From IMG/VR virus record IMGVR_UViG_3300042890_004365, positions 1 to 64,000 of that record: a stretch of 64,000 nt of DNA; one strand, 5' to 3'. Positions 1 to 10,582 of the stretch are shown here, piece by piece (within the stretch, counting starts at the first letter, position 1; each line of letters starts with the position of its first letter). A model generated the notes under the pieces. The model saw only the letters and a program-made list of their open reading frames with translations, had not been told where the DNA came from and did not search any database. Source of the DNA: a virus (Duplodnaviria; Caudoviricetes). The translations under genes were made by a program, and so were the position numbers.

Positions 1-7
1 TAAGTTG

Positions 8-748
8 TTACTCAATAATAAATAATTTTATATTTCCTTCTAAGTCTTCATATAAAAAAGAACAAGACTCACAAAAATCACCAGTATTATAATAATTCTT
101 ATCATCTATTTTCTCTATTGCAGGTGTGTGTATATGACCAATCATTATAGACTCACAATCAGTTTCTTGTAATTTTTTTATTGATAAGTATTTAAAGTCA
201 TTTACAAAAGCAATTGCATCTTTTACTTTTGATTTTAAATATTTTGATAAAGACCAATAGTCTAATCCAAAAACTCTTCTTAACTTATTATAGATTTTAT
301 TTATCTTAAAACTTAATTCATATGCAAAATCACCTAAAATATATAAAAATGGATGTAATCTTATAAATCCATCAAACTGATCACCATGACAAATAAAAAT
401 CTTCTCACCTTTAATAGTTTCATAGTGATATTCATCACATATTAAAATATTTCCTAAATTAATATCTAATTCTTCTTTTATTAAACCTCTCAAAAAATGA
501 TCATGATTTCCCAATAAATAAATGACATTTACTCCTTTTCTTGACAATCTTAATACTTTTTGTATAACTGTTGAGTGGTCCTCATTCCAGTAAAACTTAC
601 TTTTTAATGCAGTTAAATCTATGAAGTCACCAATTATTATTAAATTTTCAAATTCATAATCTTTTAAGACATCTAATAATTTATTAGCTTGTGACTTTTT
701 AGTTCCTAAGTGAACATCTGATATAAATAATGTCCTAACTTTTTGCAT
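8..748 (-). CDS. Calcineurin-like metallophosphoesterase, PlcP / LpxH2 (UDP-2,3-diacylglucosamine hydrolase-like) family
   Basis: Motifs RTLFISDVHLG, GDFID, GNHD, HGDQFD, GHIH, YNTGDFCES. Start moved to MQKVRT (748), which overlaps the end of the upstream glycosyltransferase. Confidence 0.85.
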   Translation of the reverse strand: MQKVRTLFISDVHLGTKKSQANKLLDVLKDYEFENLIIIGDFIDLTALKSKFYWNEDHSTVIQKVLRLSRKGVNVIYLLGNHDHFLRGLIKEELDINLGNILICDEYHYETIKGEKIFICHGDQFDGFIRLHPFLYILGDFAYELSFKINKIYNKLRRVFGLDYWSLSKYLKSKVKDAIAFVNDFKYLSIKKLQETDCESIMIGHIHTPAIEKIDDKNYYNTGDFCESCSFLYEDLEGNIKLFIIE

Positions 749-1712
749 AATCACTGATCTTTTTAACAATATCTTCAATTGGATTAGTCCAATCATATTT
801 AATAGTCTTGTAGTTATAAATCCATTCAAATATATTATCATCATTCAAATCATCAGTAAATACACCCATTTTATTAAGTGCCTTTGCATTACAAAGTTGT
901 TCATATTGTCCTTTGATAGGAATAGACCATAATTTTTTACCTAATACTAAAGCTTCTGATGTAGTAGAAAATCCTGATGCAGTTATTACACCAGAACAAT
1001 TTAATAAGTCTTTACTAAATTTTTCTTTATCTAGTTTTTTTAATTTTACTATACCATCAGTTGAGTCTTTTAATACATCAGGTGAATAAACCTTCCAAAT
1101 TCCTACACAATAAGTATTTATCTGTTCTGATATAAATTTTGAAGACATCGAAGGTAAATAAACTAAGTAGAATCTCTTATCAGTTACTTTTTTATTTATG
1201 AAGTCATCACTTATAATAGGTAAAGTAATAAATTCATCATACTTTTTATAGTTTATACCGATATGTTCTTTACACGGTGCAAAGAATTTTATAAATATTT
1301 CTGAGAATATATCTTTAAAGAAAGGTCTAGGTGTTTTCTTTGATCTAAATGAGTATTGATTACCTATACCTAATGATTTTTTGTTAGATTTTCTTGCAGA
1401 CCAAGCAGATACTGGTTCAAAATCAGATATTATAAGGTCATATGAACTTACATCATATTTTAAATCTGATAGAAATTGTTTTAGTTTAAGTGATAATAAA
1501 GTTTTTATCCAATCTATACCACCTTTCTTATTATAAAAGAATGATAAGCCTTGAAATTGTTTTTTAATTTTAAATGGTAAATTTAATTGTGAATTGGTAC
1601 CCGATGTTATAATATCTACATCAAAGCCCGCAGACTTTAATGCAGTAATTATTTTTATAGACCTTGTTATATGTCCATTTCCTGTTAGTTGAATACCATA
1701 CAGAATTTTCAT
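735..1712 (-). CDS. GT-B glycosyltransferase, MJ1255-like family
   Basis: MKILYGIQLTGNGHITRS, DLIISDFEP, SGFSTTSEAL, GQYEQLCNA motifs. Confidence 0.85.
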   Translation of the reverse strand: MKILYGIQLTGNGHITRSIKIITALKSAGFDVDIITSGTNSQLNLPFKIKKQFQGLSFFYNKKGGIDWIKTLLSLKLKQFLSDLKYDVSSYDLIISDFEPVSAWSARKSNKKSLGIGNQYSFRSKKTPRPFFKDIFSEIFIKFFAPCKEHIGINYKKYDEFITLPIISDDFINKKVTDKRFYLVYLPSMSSKFISEQINTYCVGIWKVYSPDVLKDSTDGIVKLKKLDKEKFSKDLLNCSGVITASGFSTTSEALVLGKKLWSIPIKGQYEQLCNAKALNKMGVFTDDLNDDNIFEWIYNYKTIKYDWTNPIEDIVKKISDYAKS

Positions 1713-1715
1713 AAG

Positions 1716-3197
1716 TTATTTTGATTTAAAATTTTCAAAGTTTCTTATTAAATTACCTTGCTTATCTAACTTAGTAACGTCCTTAGCAGCAATTACTTTG
1801 TTATCCATTGCTGGTTCTTTTGGATGAAAAGGTTCTGCCGGTTCACTCCATTTTAAACCTAAATTGAAAGCAACACCTGATAAGTCAGAAATGATTTTAT
1901 TCTTAAACATATCAACATATTTTAAATCCAAATAAGCAGGTAATTCACATTTACCATAAACATTTGAGATTGAACCTATACCACCGTGACCACCAGAAAC
2001 TGTAATTTCGTCTTGTCCTAGTGAAGTATCTGGGTTATGATAACCTAAATGTTTTTGGAAATTTTGTAATAATTCTGTCATATATTTTCCTAAGTCACTT
2101 ACTACTTCACCATTTCTTAATACTGGTAGATTTTCAATCTTATCCATATTTTTATATGAACAAACTTGTAACGTTCCACCATATTGTAATAATATAAAGT
2201 TAGGTTCTGAATCTAAAACACCATTATTAAAATCTTTCTCAACAATAGTTCTTGCTCTTAAAGCATTTGCCCAAGTTCCAGTTGGAACATAAACTAAATC
2301 ACCAATTTTTTGATAACCGTCTAGTTGAAGATATTGACCATTTCTAAATTGAGTAGTAAACTCAGCTTGTGAATTATAAGTTTTTTTAGAAGTCATTGAA
2401 CCTCTAGTTTTCTTTTGCATTTCTCCTAATCTCCATTCAGAATCTTCGATAAAATCTTTTTTCTGACCTCTTTTAGGACCACCTAATGTAACATTATGCT
2501 CTGGGTAAACTTTCTTCATTGTATTAAAAATTGCATAGATAGAAGCATCTGGACAGTTCTCAATAACAGATATAATAGTTTTTGAATCTGATCTTTTTAT
2601 GAACTGATTAAATGCTGCACCAAACTCTAATCTTTTGTTTTTAGATTTTTTAATTTCTGATAAATCAAAATCTAAAAGTCTTTGCCACGAAACTTCATAC
2701 TGATCATATTTAGCAGCGTCAATCATATCAATAACATCTAATGTTAATGAATCTTGTGGAACACCAAGTGCTTGACAAATTGCCTCATAAGCAGAAGCAG
2801 TTTTTTTCTTTTGTACTGGTGAAGATTTGTATTTTTCTAATTCTTCCGCACTAAATAAACCATGATGATCTAAATAGTAATCTACTAAATCATCTCTTTC
2901 ATCTCCTGGCATAGAAGCAAAGTCTAAAACTACATTTATAAGTTTTGGATCTAAAGTTGTGTATTTCCAACCTTCTGTATAGTTAAGAATTCCATATTTT
3001 TCAATAGTAAAACCTGCATTTAATAAGTATTTTTTCATTTCAATTCCGCTGAACATGCCATCCATATCATCGTGAATGTAAAGTGCAACCTTTTTACCTA
3101 TCTTACCTTTTTTCAACCAATAATCTTCTGACTTTGGAAGTCTTGGTGCACCCTCTAAAATTAAATTAAATTTATTAAAATTTTCTATATTTCTCAT
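1716..3197 (-). CDS. DHH-family phosphoesterase with capsid-targeting-like termini
   Basis: HDDMDG, VLDFA, LDHH and C-terminal GGH (DHHA1-like) motifs. Confidence 0.7.
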   Translation of the reverse strand: MRNIENFNKFNLILEGAPRLPKSEDYWLKKGKIGKKVALYIHDDMDGMFSGIEMKKYLLNAGFTIEKYGILNYTEGWKYTTLDPKLINVVLDFASMPGDERDDLVDYYLDHHGLFSAEELEKYKSSPVQKKKTASAYEAICQALGVPQDSLTLDVIDMIDAAKYDQYEVSWQRLLDFDLSEIKKSKNKRLEFGAAFNQFIKRSDSKTIISVIENCPDASIYAIFNTMKKVYPEHNVTLGGPKRGQKKDFIEDSEWRLGEMQKKTRGSMTSKKTYNSQAEFTTQFRNGQYLQLDGYQKIGDLVYVPTGTWANALRARTIVEKDFNNGVLDSEPNFILLQYGGTLQVCSYKNMDKIENLPVLRNGEVVSDLGKYMTELLQNFQKHLGYHNPDTSLGQDEITVSGGHGGIGSISNVYGKCELPAYLDLKYVDMFKNKIISDLSGVAFNLGLKWSEPAEPFHPKEPAMDNKVIAAKDVTKLDKQGNLIRNFENFKSK

Positions 3198-3277
3198 AAA
3201 CTATATATTTAATTTAATTTATGTATTTTTTATGTCAAAATACTATCAGGGACGTTATGTGTTTTAATATATAATAT

Positions 3278-4174
3278 ATGATAATAGGAGTTTATAAACC
3301 AGTAAAAGAGAATAAAAGGGTTACTAGTTATAGTATATTAAATATAGGTGACTTATATAACAAAGGTTCACAGAGATATAAGGTATCTTATATCTGTGAT
3401 GGTATTCATTGTAAAACACCAGATAAAATATATTCAATAACCAGAGAACATCTTAATGAGAAAAGATCCAAGACAGTAAATGATAAAATACAAATTTGTC
3501 GTTCTTGTCAAACTACTGGTGAGAATAATCCTAGATTTGGAGACAATAGAACTTGGAATGAAATTTTTAATAAAGAAACCTCTGATAGACTTAGAAAAAA
3601 TTTAAGTGATAGATCAATAGGTGATAAAAATCCATCTAAAAATAATGGTGTTAAAGAAAAGAAAAATCAAATTATTATTAATTATGAAAATGTTAATAAA
3701 TACTTAAATCAATATAATTTTAAACTTAATTCTATTGAAGGTGATAATAAGTTTTCAAAATTAAACATAACATGTAATGAAAATCATACTTTTAATATAC
3801 AATGGGCAAGTTTTCGAGTAAGTAAAAAATGTAGATATTGTTATTATGATTCAGTGAGAATACCATTTGAGGAAATTGAAAGATTTGAAACATATTCAAA
3901 AACAGTTAGGTCATTGACAAGATTCACATTCAATAAAAATAAGAATCTTATTGATCCAAATGGGTTGAAAGATTTGGATTCTAAAAATCATCATATAGAT
4001 CATATTTATTCAATATCAGATGGATTTTTAAATGATATTGAGCCTAAAATAATTGCATCATATCATAATTTAAGAATTATTACAAAAATAGAAAATTTAC
4101 AAAAAGGTAGAAAGTCTGGTATGGAATTATCAGAATTATTAGAAATTAATAATCAGGATTGTCATAAGAATTAA
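3278..4174 (+). CDS. Free-standing HNH homing endonuclease (NUMOD-like and Zn-finger elements, C-terminal HNH)
   Basis: GENNPRFG and GDKNPSK repeats, CxxC pairs, HHIDHIYS...NLRII...EN. It lies antisense to the flanking genes. Confidence 0.75.
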   Translation: MIIGVYKPVKENKRVTSYSILNIGDLYNKGSQRYKVSYICDGIHCKTPDKIYSITREHLNEKRSKTVNDKIQICRSCQTTGENNPRFGDNRTWNEIFNKETSDRLRKNLSDRSIGDKNPSKNNGVKEKKNQIIINYENVNKYLNQYNFKLNSIEGDNKFSKLNITCNENHTFNIQWASFRVSKKCRYCYYDSVRIPFEEIERFETYSKTVRSLTRFTFNKNKNLIDPNGLKDLDSKNHHIDHIYSISDGFLNDIEPKIIASYHNLRIITKIENLQKGRKSGMELSELLEINNQDCHKN

Positions 4175-4412
4175 AACTATCTCTTATATCTTGTTCCAGT
4201 AAATCAATTGCCTTACTAAGTTTAATAACTGAGTATATACTTTCATTTTGTTTAGTATAATTACTATACTCCTTATTTTTATTATCACATTCTATTTGTG
4301 CACTTTTTATATCTAAAAATATTTCATCAATATATCCATTGTTTGGATATATTGTCCAAACATTATCAGTTGTTAGTTTATTATTCTCATTTATTTTTTT
4401 TAAATACTTCAT
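4146..4412 (-). CDS. Hypothetical protein with MKYLKKINE leader
   Basis: ATATATA box 4 nt upstream of the ATG; shared leader motif. Confidence 0.6.
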   Translation of the reverse strand: MKYLKKINENNKLTTDNVWTIYPNNGYIDEIFLDIKSAQIECDNKNKEYSNYTKQNESIYSVIKLSKAIDLLEQDIRDSFNSYDNPDY

Positions 4413-4445
4413 ATTCTATATATTTTGTTTCAATAATGTAAATTA

Positions 4446-5258
4446 TTATCTATTATTATAATCATTTTCAATATAATACCAAGCATCATTAAAATCACCG
4501 AAGTTAAGTCCATTTTGTCGTAATAATACATCTAATTTATTAAAGTCGGGTGAATTTGGATCATAAGGATTAGTTTGAACAGTTCTACAAATATTATCGT
4601 GTATTACAAAATTTGAAGATGATTGTGTGTTATAAGAAAGTTTAAGTACTTTAGCCGGATTGTTTCTATCAGTTACAAACTTATTTTTATAGAAAATATA
4701 ATAATGTCTCCACTTTCCGGGATTTCTTGTTACTTTCCAAACAGATCTGTCTTCATCATTATCTAATTCACTAAGATAAGTATTATCTTTTTTATATACT
4801 CTTGATAAAAGATCACACAAAATTTCATTGTAAATTTGAATTCGTATACCATATATCGGTTTATTTTCAGTTAAGTTAGTAATACTCGATAGATCTTTTT
4901 CGTCCCAAATATTATTCTGTTTGTCTAAAAAATAAAATGACTTGATAACATATTCTTTTTTTAAAAAATGAAAGAATGGTATAAATCTATCTGTTATTGT
5001 ATTCCAAGTAAAAGGATACGCTTGAATTCTAGTTCTGGTTTCGGTTCTAAAATAGGTGTCCCATATATTATCATTTGTTTGACCTTCTCTTTTATAAATA
5101 TAAATTTCTAATTTATTTGCAGTATTGCCACCATTTTCTTCAGAATCACCAACAATAACTTCATATCCCTCATCAAGTAAATAAGCTAGATGATTCCTAA
5201 CAAAATCCTCAACATCTCTAATTTGATATGCCTCATTTATACTTTTTAAATATCTCAT
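4446..5258 (-). CDS. Hypothetical protein with MRYLKSINE leader; paralog of 34141-34566
   Basis: Shares HLAYLLDEGY...FTWN...IPFFHFLKKEY with 34141-34566. Confidence 0.7.
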   Translation of the reverse strand: MRYLKSINEAYQIRDVEDFVRNHLAYLLDEGYEVIVGDSEENGGNTANKLEIYIYKREGQTNDNIWDTYFRTETRTRIQAYPFTWNTITDRFIPFFHFLKKEYVIKSFYFLDKQNNIWDEKDLSSITNLTENKPIYGIRIQIYNEILCDLLSRVYKKDNTYLSELDNDEDRSVWKVTRNPGKWRHYYIFYKNKFVTDRNNPAKVLKLSYNTQSSSNFVIHDNICRTVQTNPYDPNSPDFNKLDVLLRQNGLNFGDFNDAWYYIENDYNNR

Positions 5259-6631
5259 TACTTTTTAAATCCTTTTATAGCACCTTCTTTATCACCTTTA
5301 TCATCTTCCTCAAATGGGGTATCAAAGAAATTAGAAGTATCAGTAACAACCTTAACTTCTGAGTCTAAACTAGCGTAAGGCCCAAGTTCACCAGAACGGA
5401 ATACACCACTATACATATTACCATTAAGATATCCACCCATAAAGTAACAATTAGTCAATTCACTTTGTTCTACTTTACAGTTGAATACTTTTGAATTATC
5501 TACATCAGAGTGTTGAATTTTAGATTTTGTAATTTGTGAATTTTTTATTTCAGATCCAACAAAGAAACAATCTTCAAAAATTCCTTCTACATTACAGTTT
5601 ATTAAGTCACATCCTTTAATTGTTAAAAGTGATTTAAAGTTTGCATCAACTATTTCAACTATTTGTGTGTTGATAACATAATTTATAATACATTCTTTTA
5701 AATCTTCTGTGGCTTCAACTAAAGCAAATAACTTAGGATAAATTTTATCATAGTAAGTATTTACCATATCATAACTATTATTCTGGTCTATTTGTATTTG
5801 TACACTAGGGAAATCAACAATAAAATTATCATATTTTGAAAGGTTTTTAAATTTTGATATATTTTCTTCTAAGAACTCTTCTAATTTAGAAACGTCTTCT
5901 GCATTAAATAAGGTATCAATAGAATCAAATACATTTATAATAAATCTATCCATAAAGTAAATTAGTTGACCTAAATTCTTTTCATAGTCTTTACCACCAA
6001 TATATCTCAACTCTAATCTTTGAGTTTCTTTGTCATTATTGATATGTAAGAAGTTTATACCAAAGTACTTATCATTTGGTAATCTTAAATTATTTTTAAC
6101 AACTGAAATAGGAATATTGAAAAAGTCATATTCTTTAAAAGGAATCATATTTTTAATACTTTTTGCATAAACATTTGCTTTTCTCGATGGATAACATCTG
6201 TATATCTCATCTTCGTCAGTATTTAATATAAGTTTTAGTATATTTAAGTCATTTAAGTTTTTATCCCCGTTAAAAGATAGGTTAAAGTGAATAGAACATT
6301 TCTCGTTGGTGTATCCATAAGTTTGTATAAATTTAATAATTTTAACAAGAAAATACTTAGCATCAAAATAATCTAATGGTCCAGTTACCAACTCAACCAT
6401 GTTTGAACCTCCTGATAAATCGGGTTCAATTTTAAAGTTTCTATCATCTGGTGTAAAGTTAGAGTGATACTCTCTAAAACCCCAAACCTTTACTGGGTCT
6501 AGCTCTTGGTTAAGTAGTTCTAATGTTTTATAGAAAGAAAGATCTTTCATATAGAACTCGAATTCCATTCCTACAATTGCATTTTTAAGCTTACTTGATT
6601 GGTTTAAAAATTTATCTGAATATTTTTCCAT
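5258..6631 (-). CDS. Putative amidoligase (COOH-NH2 ligase) with C-terminal beta-helix-like region
   Basis: GMEFEF, KIEPDLSGG, ELVTGP, CSIHFNLS, KYFGINF, LELRYIGG motifs. Confidence 0.75.
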   Translation of the reverse strand: MEKYSDKFLNQSSKLKNAIVGMEFEFYMKDLSFYKTLELLNQELDPVKVWGFREYHSNFTPDDRNFKIEPDLSGGSNMVELVTGPLDYFDAKYFLVKIIKFIQTYGYTNEKCSIHFNLSFNGDKNLNDLNILKLILNTDEDEIYRCYPSRKANVYAKSIKNMIPFKEYDFFNIPISVVKNNLRLPNDKYFGINFLHINNDKETQRLELRYIGGKDYEKNLGQLIYFMDRFIINVFDSIDTLFNAEDVSKLEEFLEENISKFKNLSKYDNFIVDFPSVQIQIDQNNSYDMVNTYYDKIYPKLFALVEATEDLKECIINYVINTQIVEIVDANFKSLLTIKGCDLINCNVEGIFEDCFFVGSEIKNSQITKSKIQHSDVDNSKVFNCKVEQSELTNCYFMGGYLNGNMYSGVFRSGELGPYASLDSEVKVVTDTSNFFDTPFEEDDKGDKEGAIKGFKK

Positions 6632-6703
6632 ATTGTTATATATTAAAAATTATAGGGACTTTATTAGATATTATATATAAATTGTTAAAAATAAATAAAA
6701 TGA

Positions 6704-7093
6704 ATGGAGTTCTTCTGTGTCTATTGCAAAACTAGGAAAAAATTTGATAAATTTGTAAAGGTGAACGCCATCAAAAATAAGTATATCATAGATATAAATA
6801 AAATAATTAGTGAAGAAGAGGTTGACTTCACGGATGATAAAACGTACCTGAAAATTTTAATTTTTAACAAAATACAACAAGCAATAGATAAAAAGAAGGA
6901 CATATATTATATTCCAGACTTCGATAATGAGTTCTCAATCGAAAAACTACTTAACCTCAAAAAAATCCTCGGAGAAAACAATTTTAACGTTCTAATATTC
7001 TACAATGAATTTAGAAGAAATCCAGAAGTTATGGATGATGTTTTCTCAAATCTTTCAAAATTTTCCAACTCTCAGATCATAAGGGACTACTAG
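6704..7093 (+). CDS. Hypothetical protein
   Basis: 129-aa ORF with upstream TTATATATA box; no clear motif. Confidence 0.6.
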   Translation: MEFFCVYCKTRKKFDKFVKVNAIKNKYIIDINKIISEEEVDFTDDKTYLKILIFNKIQQAIDKKKDIYYIPDFDNEFSIEKLLNLKKILGENNFNVLIFYNEFRRNPEVMDDVFSNLSKFSNSQIIRDY

Positions 7094-7127
7094 TATAATT
7101 AGAGATTATTATTTTTATATATACATT

Positions 7128-7826
7128 ATGGAAAAGAAATGTAATATATGTGATTCTGTTAAAAATATTGAAGATTTTTACAAAAATCAAACTAGGTGTA
7201 AGTTTTGCACAAAACAATATAATTTAGAAAATAAGGAAAGGATTAGAAATTATAAAATATCCTATAAAGAAGAAGGTAAAAGATCTAAAAGTGATAAAAA
7301 GTATTATCTAAAGAACAAAGAATTTATAAATAATAAAAATAATAAGTATTATTTAGAAAATACTGATAAGGTTAAAAAGATTCAAAAAGATTATAGAGAT
7401 AATAATAAAGAAATTTTATCAATTAAAAGTTTAGAATATTCCAAAAAATATTATAGTAAGAAAAAGTCCGATCCTCTTTTTAAATTAAAAGGTAACTGTC
7501 GAAGTATGATAGGAAATGCACTTAGGTTTAATGGTTATGTAAAAAATTCTAAAACAGAGGAAATACTAGGTTGTTCCTTTGAATATTTTAAGTTATACTT
7601 AGAAAGTAAGTTTGAAGATTGGATGACTTGGGAAAATCATGGTAGGTTTAATAGTGAATTAAACTATGGTTGGGATATAGATCATATTATACCATTAGAT
7701 AGTGCTGAAATAGAAGAAGATATTATTAGACTTAATCACTATACTAATTTACAACCACTTTGTTCCTATACCAATAGACATTTAAAAATGTATAAGACTG
7801 ACTTTTATGTGATAAAGGATTACTAA
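7128..7826 (+). CDS. HNH endonuclease (WMTWEN...WDIDHIIP...NHYTNLQPL family); paralog of 53577-54191
   Basis: N-terminal CxxC pair, basic helical linker, DIDHIIP and NLQPL motifs. Confidence 0.8.
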   Translation: MEKKCNICDSVKNIEDFYKNQTRCKFCTKQYNLENKERIRNYKISYKEEGKRSKSDKKYYLKNKEFINNKNNKYYLENTDKVKKIQKDYRDNNKEILSIKSLEYSKKYYSKKKSDPLFKLKGNCRSMIGNALRFNGYVKNSKTEEILGCSFEYFKLYLESKFEDWMTWENHGRFNSELNYGWDIDHIIPLDSAEIEEDIIRLNHYTNLQPLCSYTNRHLKMYKTDFYVIKDY

Positions 7827-7863
7827 TTTTTTATATATAGTATATAAAAAATAATTATTATCA

Positions 7864-10062
7864 ATGGCTATATTAGGCGGTTCTCCACTTGGTCTTATCA
7901 ATACTAGAAGTTTGCCAAAATCTGATGGTATGACAACGTTTAATGGTGGTACCAGTAGAAAAATATCAGTAAACGCATATAATAATGCAACTAATGGTCA
8001 AATGGGTCAAACAGGAAATTTTACTGGTGCTGTAGGTACTAGATCGTTATTTAGTGGATCTGCGTCTGCATCGGTTGCACCTTATGGTAATGTTGGTAAG
8101 TTAGGAACAACAAATGGTGGTGGTATGGATATGTCAGGACCTTATAAAGGTATTAAAAGAAGTAGTTTACATAATAATACTGTATATGATATGAGTTTAT
8201 TAAATATTATTGAACAACTATCTGGTACACAAGCAGAATTGAGACCTTCTGACTTTGCTTATCTTAAAGATGTTGGAGTTTTTCCTAATAATAGACTAAT
8301 GATCGCAAGAAGATTTGCATCACCACATAATGATAATATTTTTCTTAAAGGATTAGCAACTGGACAACCACTTGCTATTATGATTTCTTGGAAACCACAA
8401 GGAGAAGATTTCGTAAAAATATCATTTGGTGAAAAGTGGGAGAATGCAGAAGCGGACTTTAAAAGTGTACTGGATTCTTTAGGACAAGATTTCCTAGGTA
8501 AAGAACTTGGTCAAAAAATTGGTGGTGCCGTAGCAGTTGTACCTTTACCTGGCTTTACAGAAACAATACAAAGAGTTGTATTACAAAAATTAGGTATAAT
8601 TGATGATAGTCTAGAAACTCCGTTACCATCTGGGAATCCGAACCTTATTAAAATGGCAAAAAGAAGACAAACTATTAAGAGTGAGGCTGAAGGATCGGGT
8701 TTAAATTGTACAGTTTCTATAACGATGAATTGTGAATGGGAACAAAAGTTTATATCTGGTATTGATCCAACTATTGTATGGCAAGATATTATAGGTAAAA
8801 TACTAACATTTTCAACATCTAGAAGTAATAACTATGGATTAAAAAAATCTTTTGAGGATAGAGTTAAAATATGGATGGATCATCCAGAACGAATTGTTAA
8901 AGACATGGTTGAGTTTATCAAAGCAGGACTGGAACAAGCAAAGAAAGAGATTGGTGAAATGATTGCGAAGCTTCCTACAACTTCTGATTCTGGTACTTCT
9001 GGTACTTCTGGTTCTTCTGGTACATCAGAAGATGCGAATTCTTTGTTGAAAAAAGCGGCAGAGTCAACTCTAAATTTTATTGATAAAATTCTACCTAACT
9101 TAGCAAGACAACTTAATAAATATAAAGTTGCAATTGAGGGTATAGCAAGAGCACTTAGTGGTGCACCTTCTACACCTTGGCATATTACAATTGGTAATCC
9201 TTTGAGACCTATTTTTTGTTCGGGGGATATGTATATGGATCAAGATTTGGCATTAGATTTAGGACCTACATTGGCATTCAATGATTTACCATCAAATATA
9301 AAAGCATCATTTACTTTAACTAACGCAAGACCTTGGGGTCTACAAGAAATTGCTGCAAAGTTTAATGCAGGTTCTATTAGAGTTGTTACTATCGTTAAAG
9401 ATGCCAATGATCTAAATCAGGGAGAAACACTTCAAGATCAGATTTATGTCACACCGACAACTGGATCCAAGACAAATCCTACAAATACTACAGCGACTAC
9501 TAATGCGGTAGCTGGTGCGGCAGCTCCTGGTGCAGTAGCAGGCGTAGCCGGTGCAACTGTTCCTACAACTGTACCTCAAGTTCCACCTGCGATAGCGACA
9601 GTTGCTGCAGGTCCTCAATTACCACCCCCTGTTCCTACATTCGCAAATAATTTCAATACCGATATTAGTACGGCAGCTCCTAATTTAACTGCAGGAGCTG
9701 CAGCTAATGCAGCTAGTGCACAAAATAGTTTAGATGGTGTTACTACCGCAGTAAATAGTGGACAATCTCAAGCAGAAGCTTTGGCTGCCAGGGCAACGGC
9801 AGCGGCTAATGAGGCAGCAGTTGCTGCAGGTACTGCACTACCTGCATTACCCGAGCTTCCCGCAGTAGGTACGGTAGCTAATAATGCGGTTGCTGCCGCA
9901 CAGAATGAAGTTGCAACAGTTGGTGCAAATGTAAGTTCAACAGCGGCTACTGCGACAGGTACAGTAAAAGAATCGGTTAATAGTGAAACGATAGTACCAG
10001 ATGCAAACTCATCAGTAGGAACAACATTACAAAACATAAATTGGAGTGGTTTTGCACTTTAA
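7864..10062 (+). CDS. Probable baseplate/tail structural protein with Ala/Thr-rich tail
   Basis: Directly upstream of the gp53-like gene; PWHITIGNP motif; low-complexity C-terminus. Function inferred from context. Confidence 0.45.
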   Translation: MAILGGSPLGLINTRSLPKSDGMTTFNGGTSRKISVNAYNNATNGQMGQTGNFTGAVGTRSLFSGSASASVAPYGNVGKLGTTNGGGMDMSGPYKGIKRSSLHNNTVYDMSLLNIIEQLSGTQAELRPSDFAYLKDVGVFPNNRLMIARRFASPHNDNIFLKGLATGQPLAIMISWKPQGEDFVKISFGEKWENAEADFKSVLDSLGQDFLGKELGQKIGGAVAVVPLPGFTETIQRVVLQKLGIIDDSLETPLPSGNPNLIKMAKRRQTIKSEAEGSGLNCTVSITMNCEWEQKFISGIDPTIVWQDIIGKILTFSTSRSNNYGLKKSFEDRVKIWMDHPERIVKDMVEFIKAGLEQAKKEIGEMIAKLPTTSDSGTSGTSGSSGTSEDANSLLKKAAESTLNFIDKILPNLARQLNKYKVAIEGIARALSGAPSTPWHITIGNPLRPIFCSGDMYMDQDLALDLGPTLAFNDLPSNIKASFTLTNARPWGLQEIAAKFNAGSIRVVTIVKDANDLNQGETLQDQIYVTPTTGSKTNPTNTTATTNAVAGAAAPGAVAGVAGATVPTTVPQVPPAIATVAAGPQLPPPVPTFANNFNTDISTAAPNLTAGAAANAASAQNSLDGVTTAVNSGQSQAEALAARATAAANEAAVAAGTALPALPELPAVGTVANNAVAAAQNEVATVGANVSSTAATATGTVKESVNSETIVPDANSSVGTTLQNINWSGFAL

Positions 10063-10077
10063 AAAATAAAATAAAAA

Positions 10078-10581
10078 ATGGATATATTTTCTTTATATAA
10101 AACAGTTAAATTTAACAACACTGATGGTGTTTATAATCTTTTTGAGCCAATTATTATTTTTAAAAATGATGCCACACAAGAATATACAGTAACCAATTCA
10201 GATGAGATGCGTATAGATTTAATTTTTCAAAATATGTATAATATAACCCCAAATTCAATATATGAAATGTTAGAGGACATTGATATTATTTTAAGATTAA
10301 ATAATATAGATAATCCACTGAATATTAAAGAAGGAATGGTTTTAAAATTTCCAACAATGGGTCAATTTGAAACTTATAGATACTCAGAGATTTTAGAAGA
10401 AACTAATAATGAAGTTATTAAGCAATTAGGCGTTAAGAATAATCCTAATAAAACTACAAGAGTTGATCCTAATAGACAAAATTATATAGAGAATGACTAT
10501 TCACTATCTCCAGTTGTTTTAGATACACCAAGAGAACCGGTTAGAATAGTAGATGGTAGATTTTCAATAGGAGGATTATAA
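10078..10581 (+). CDS. Baseplate wedge protein, T4 gp53-like (LysM-like)
   Basis: MRIDLI...ILRLNNIDNPLNIKEGMVLKFP pattern. Confidence 0.65.
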   Translation: MDIFSLYKTVKFNNTDGVYNLFEPIIIFKNDATQEYTVTNSDEMRIDLIFQNMYNITPNSIYEMLEDIDIILRLNNIDNPLNIKEGMVLKFPTMGQFETYRYSEILEETNNEVIKQLGVKNNPNKTTRVDPNRQNYIENDYSLSPVVLDTPREPVRIVDGRFSIGGL

Positions 10582-10582
10582 T

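Noticed and set aside
6704-7093. Polynucleotide-kinase-like P-loop protein
   Set aside because: The overall pattern is suggestive but no Walker A motif is present; left as hypothetical.
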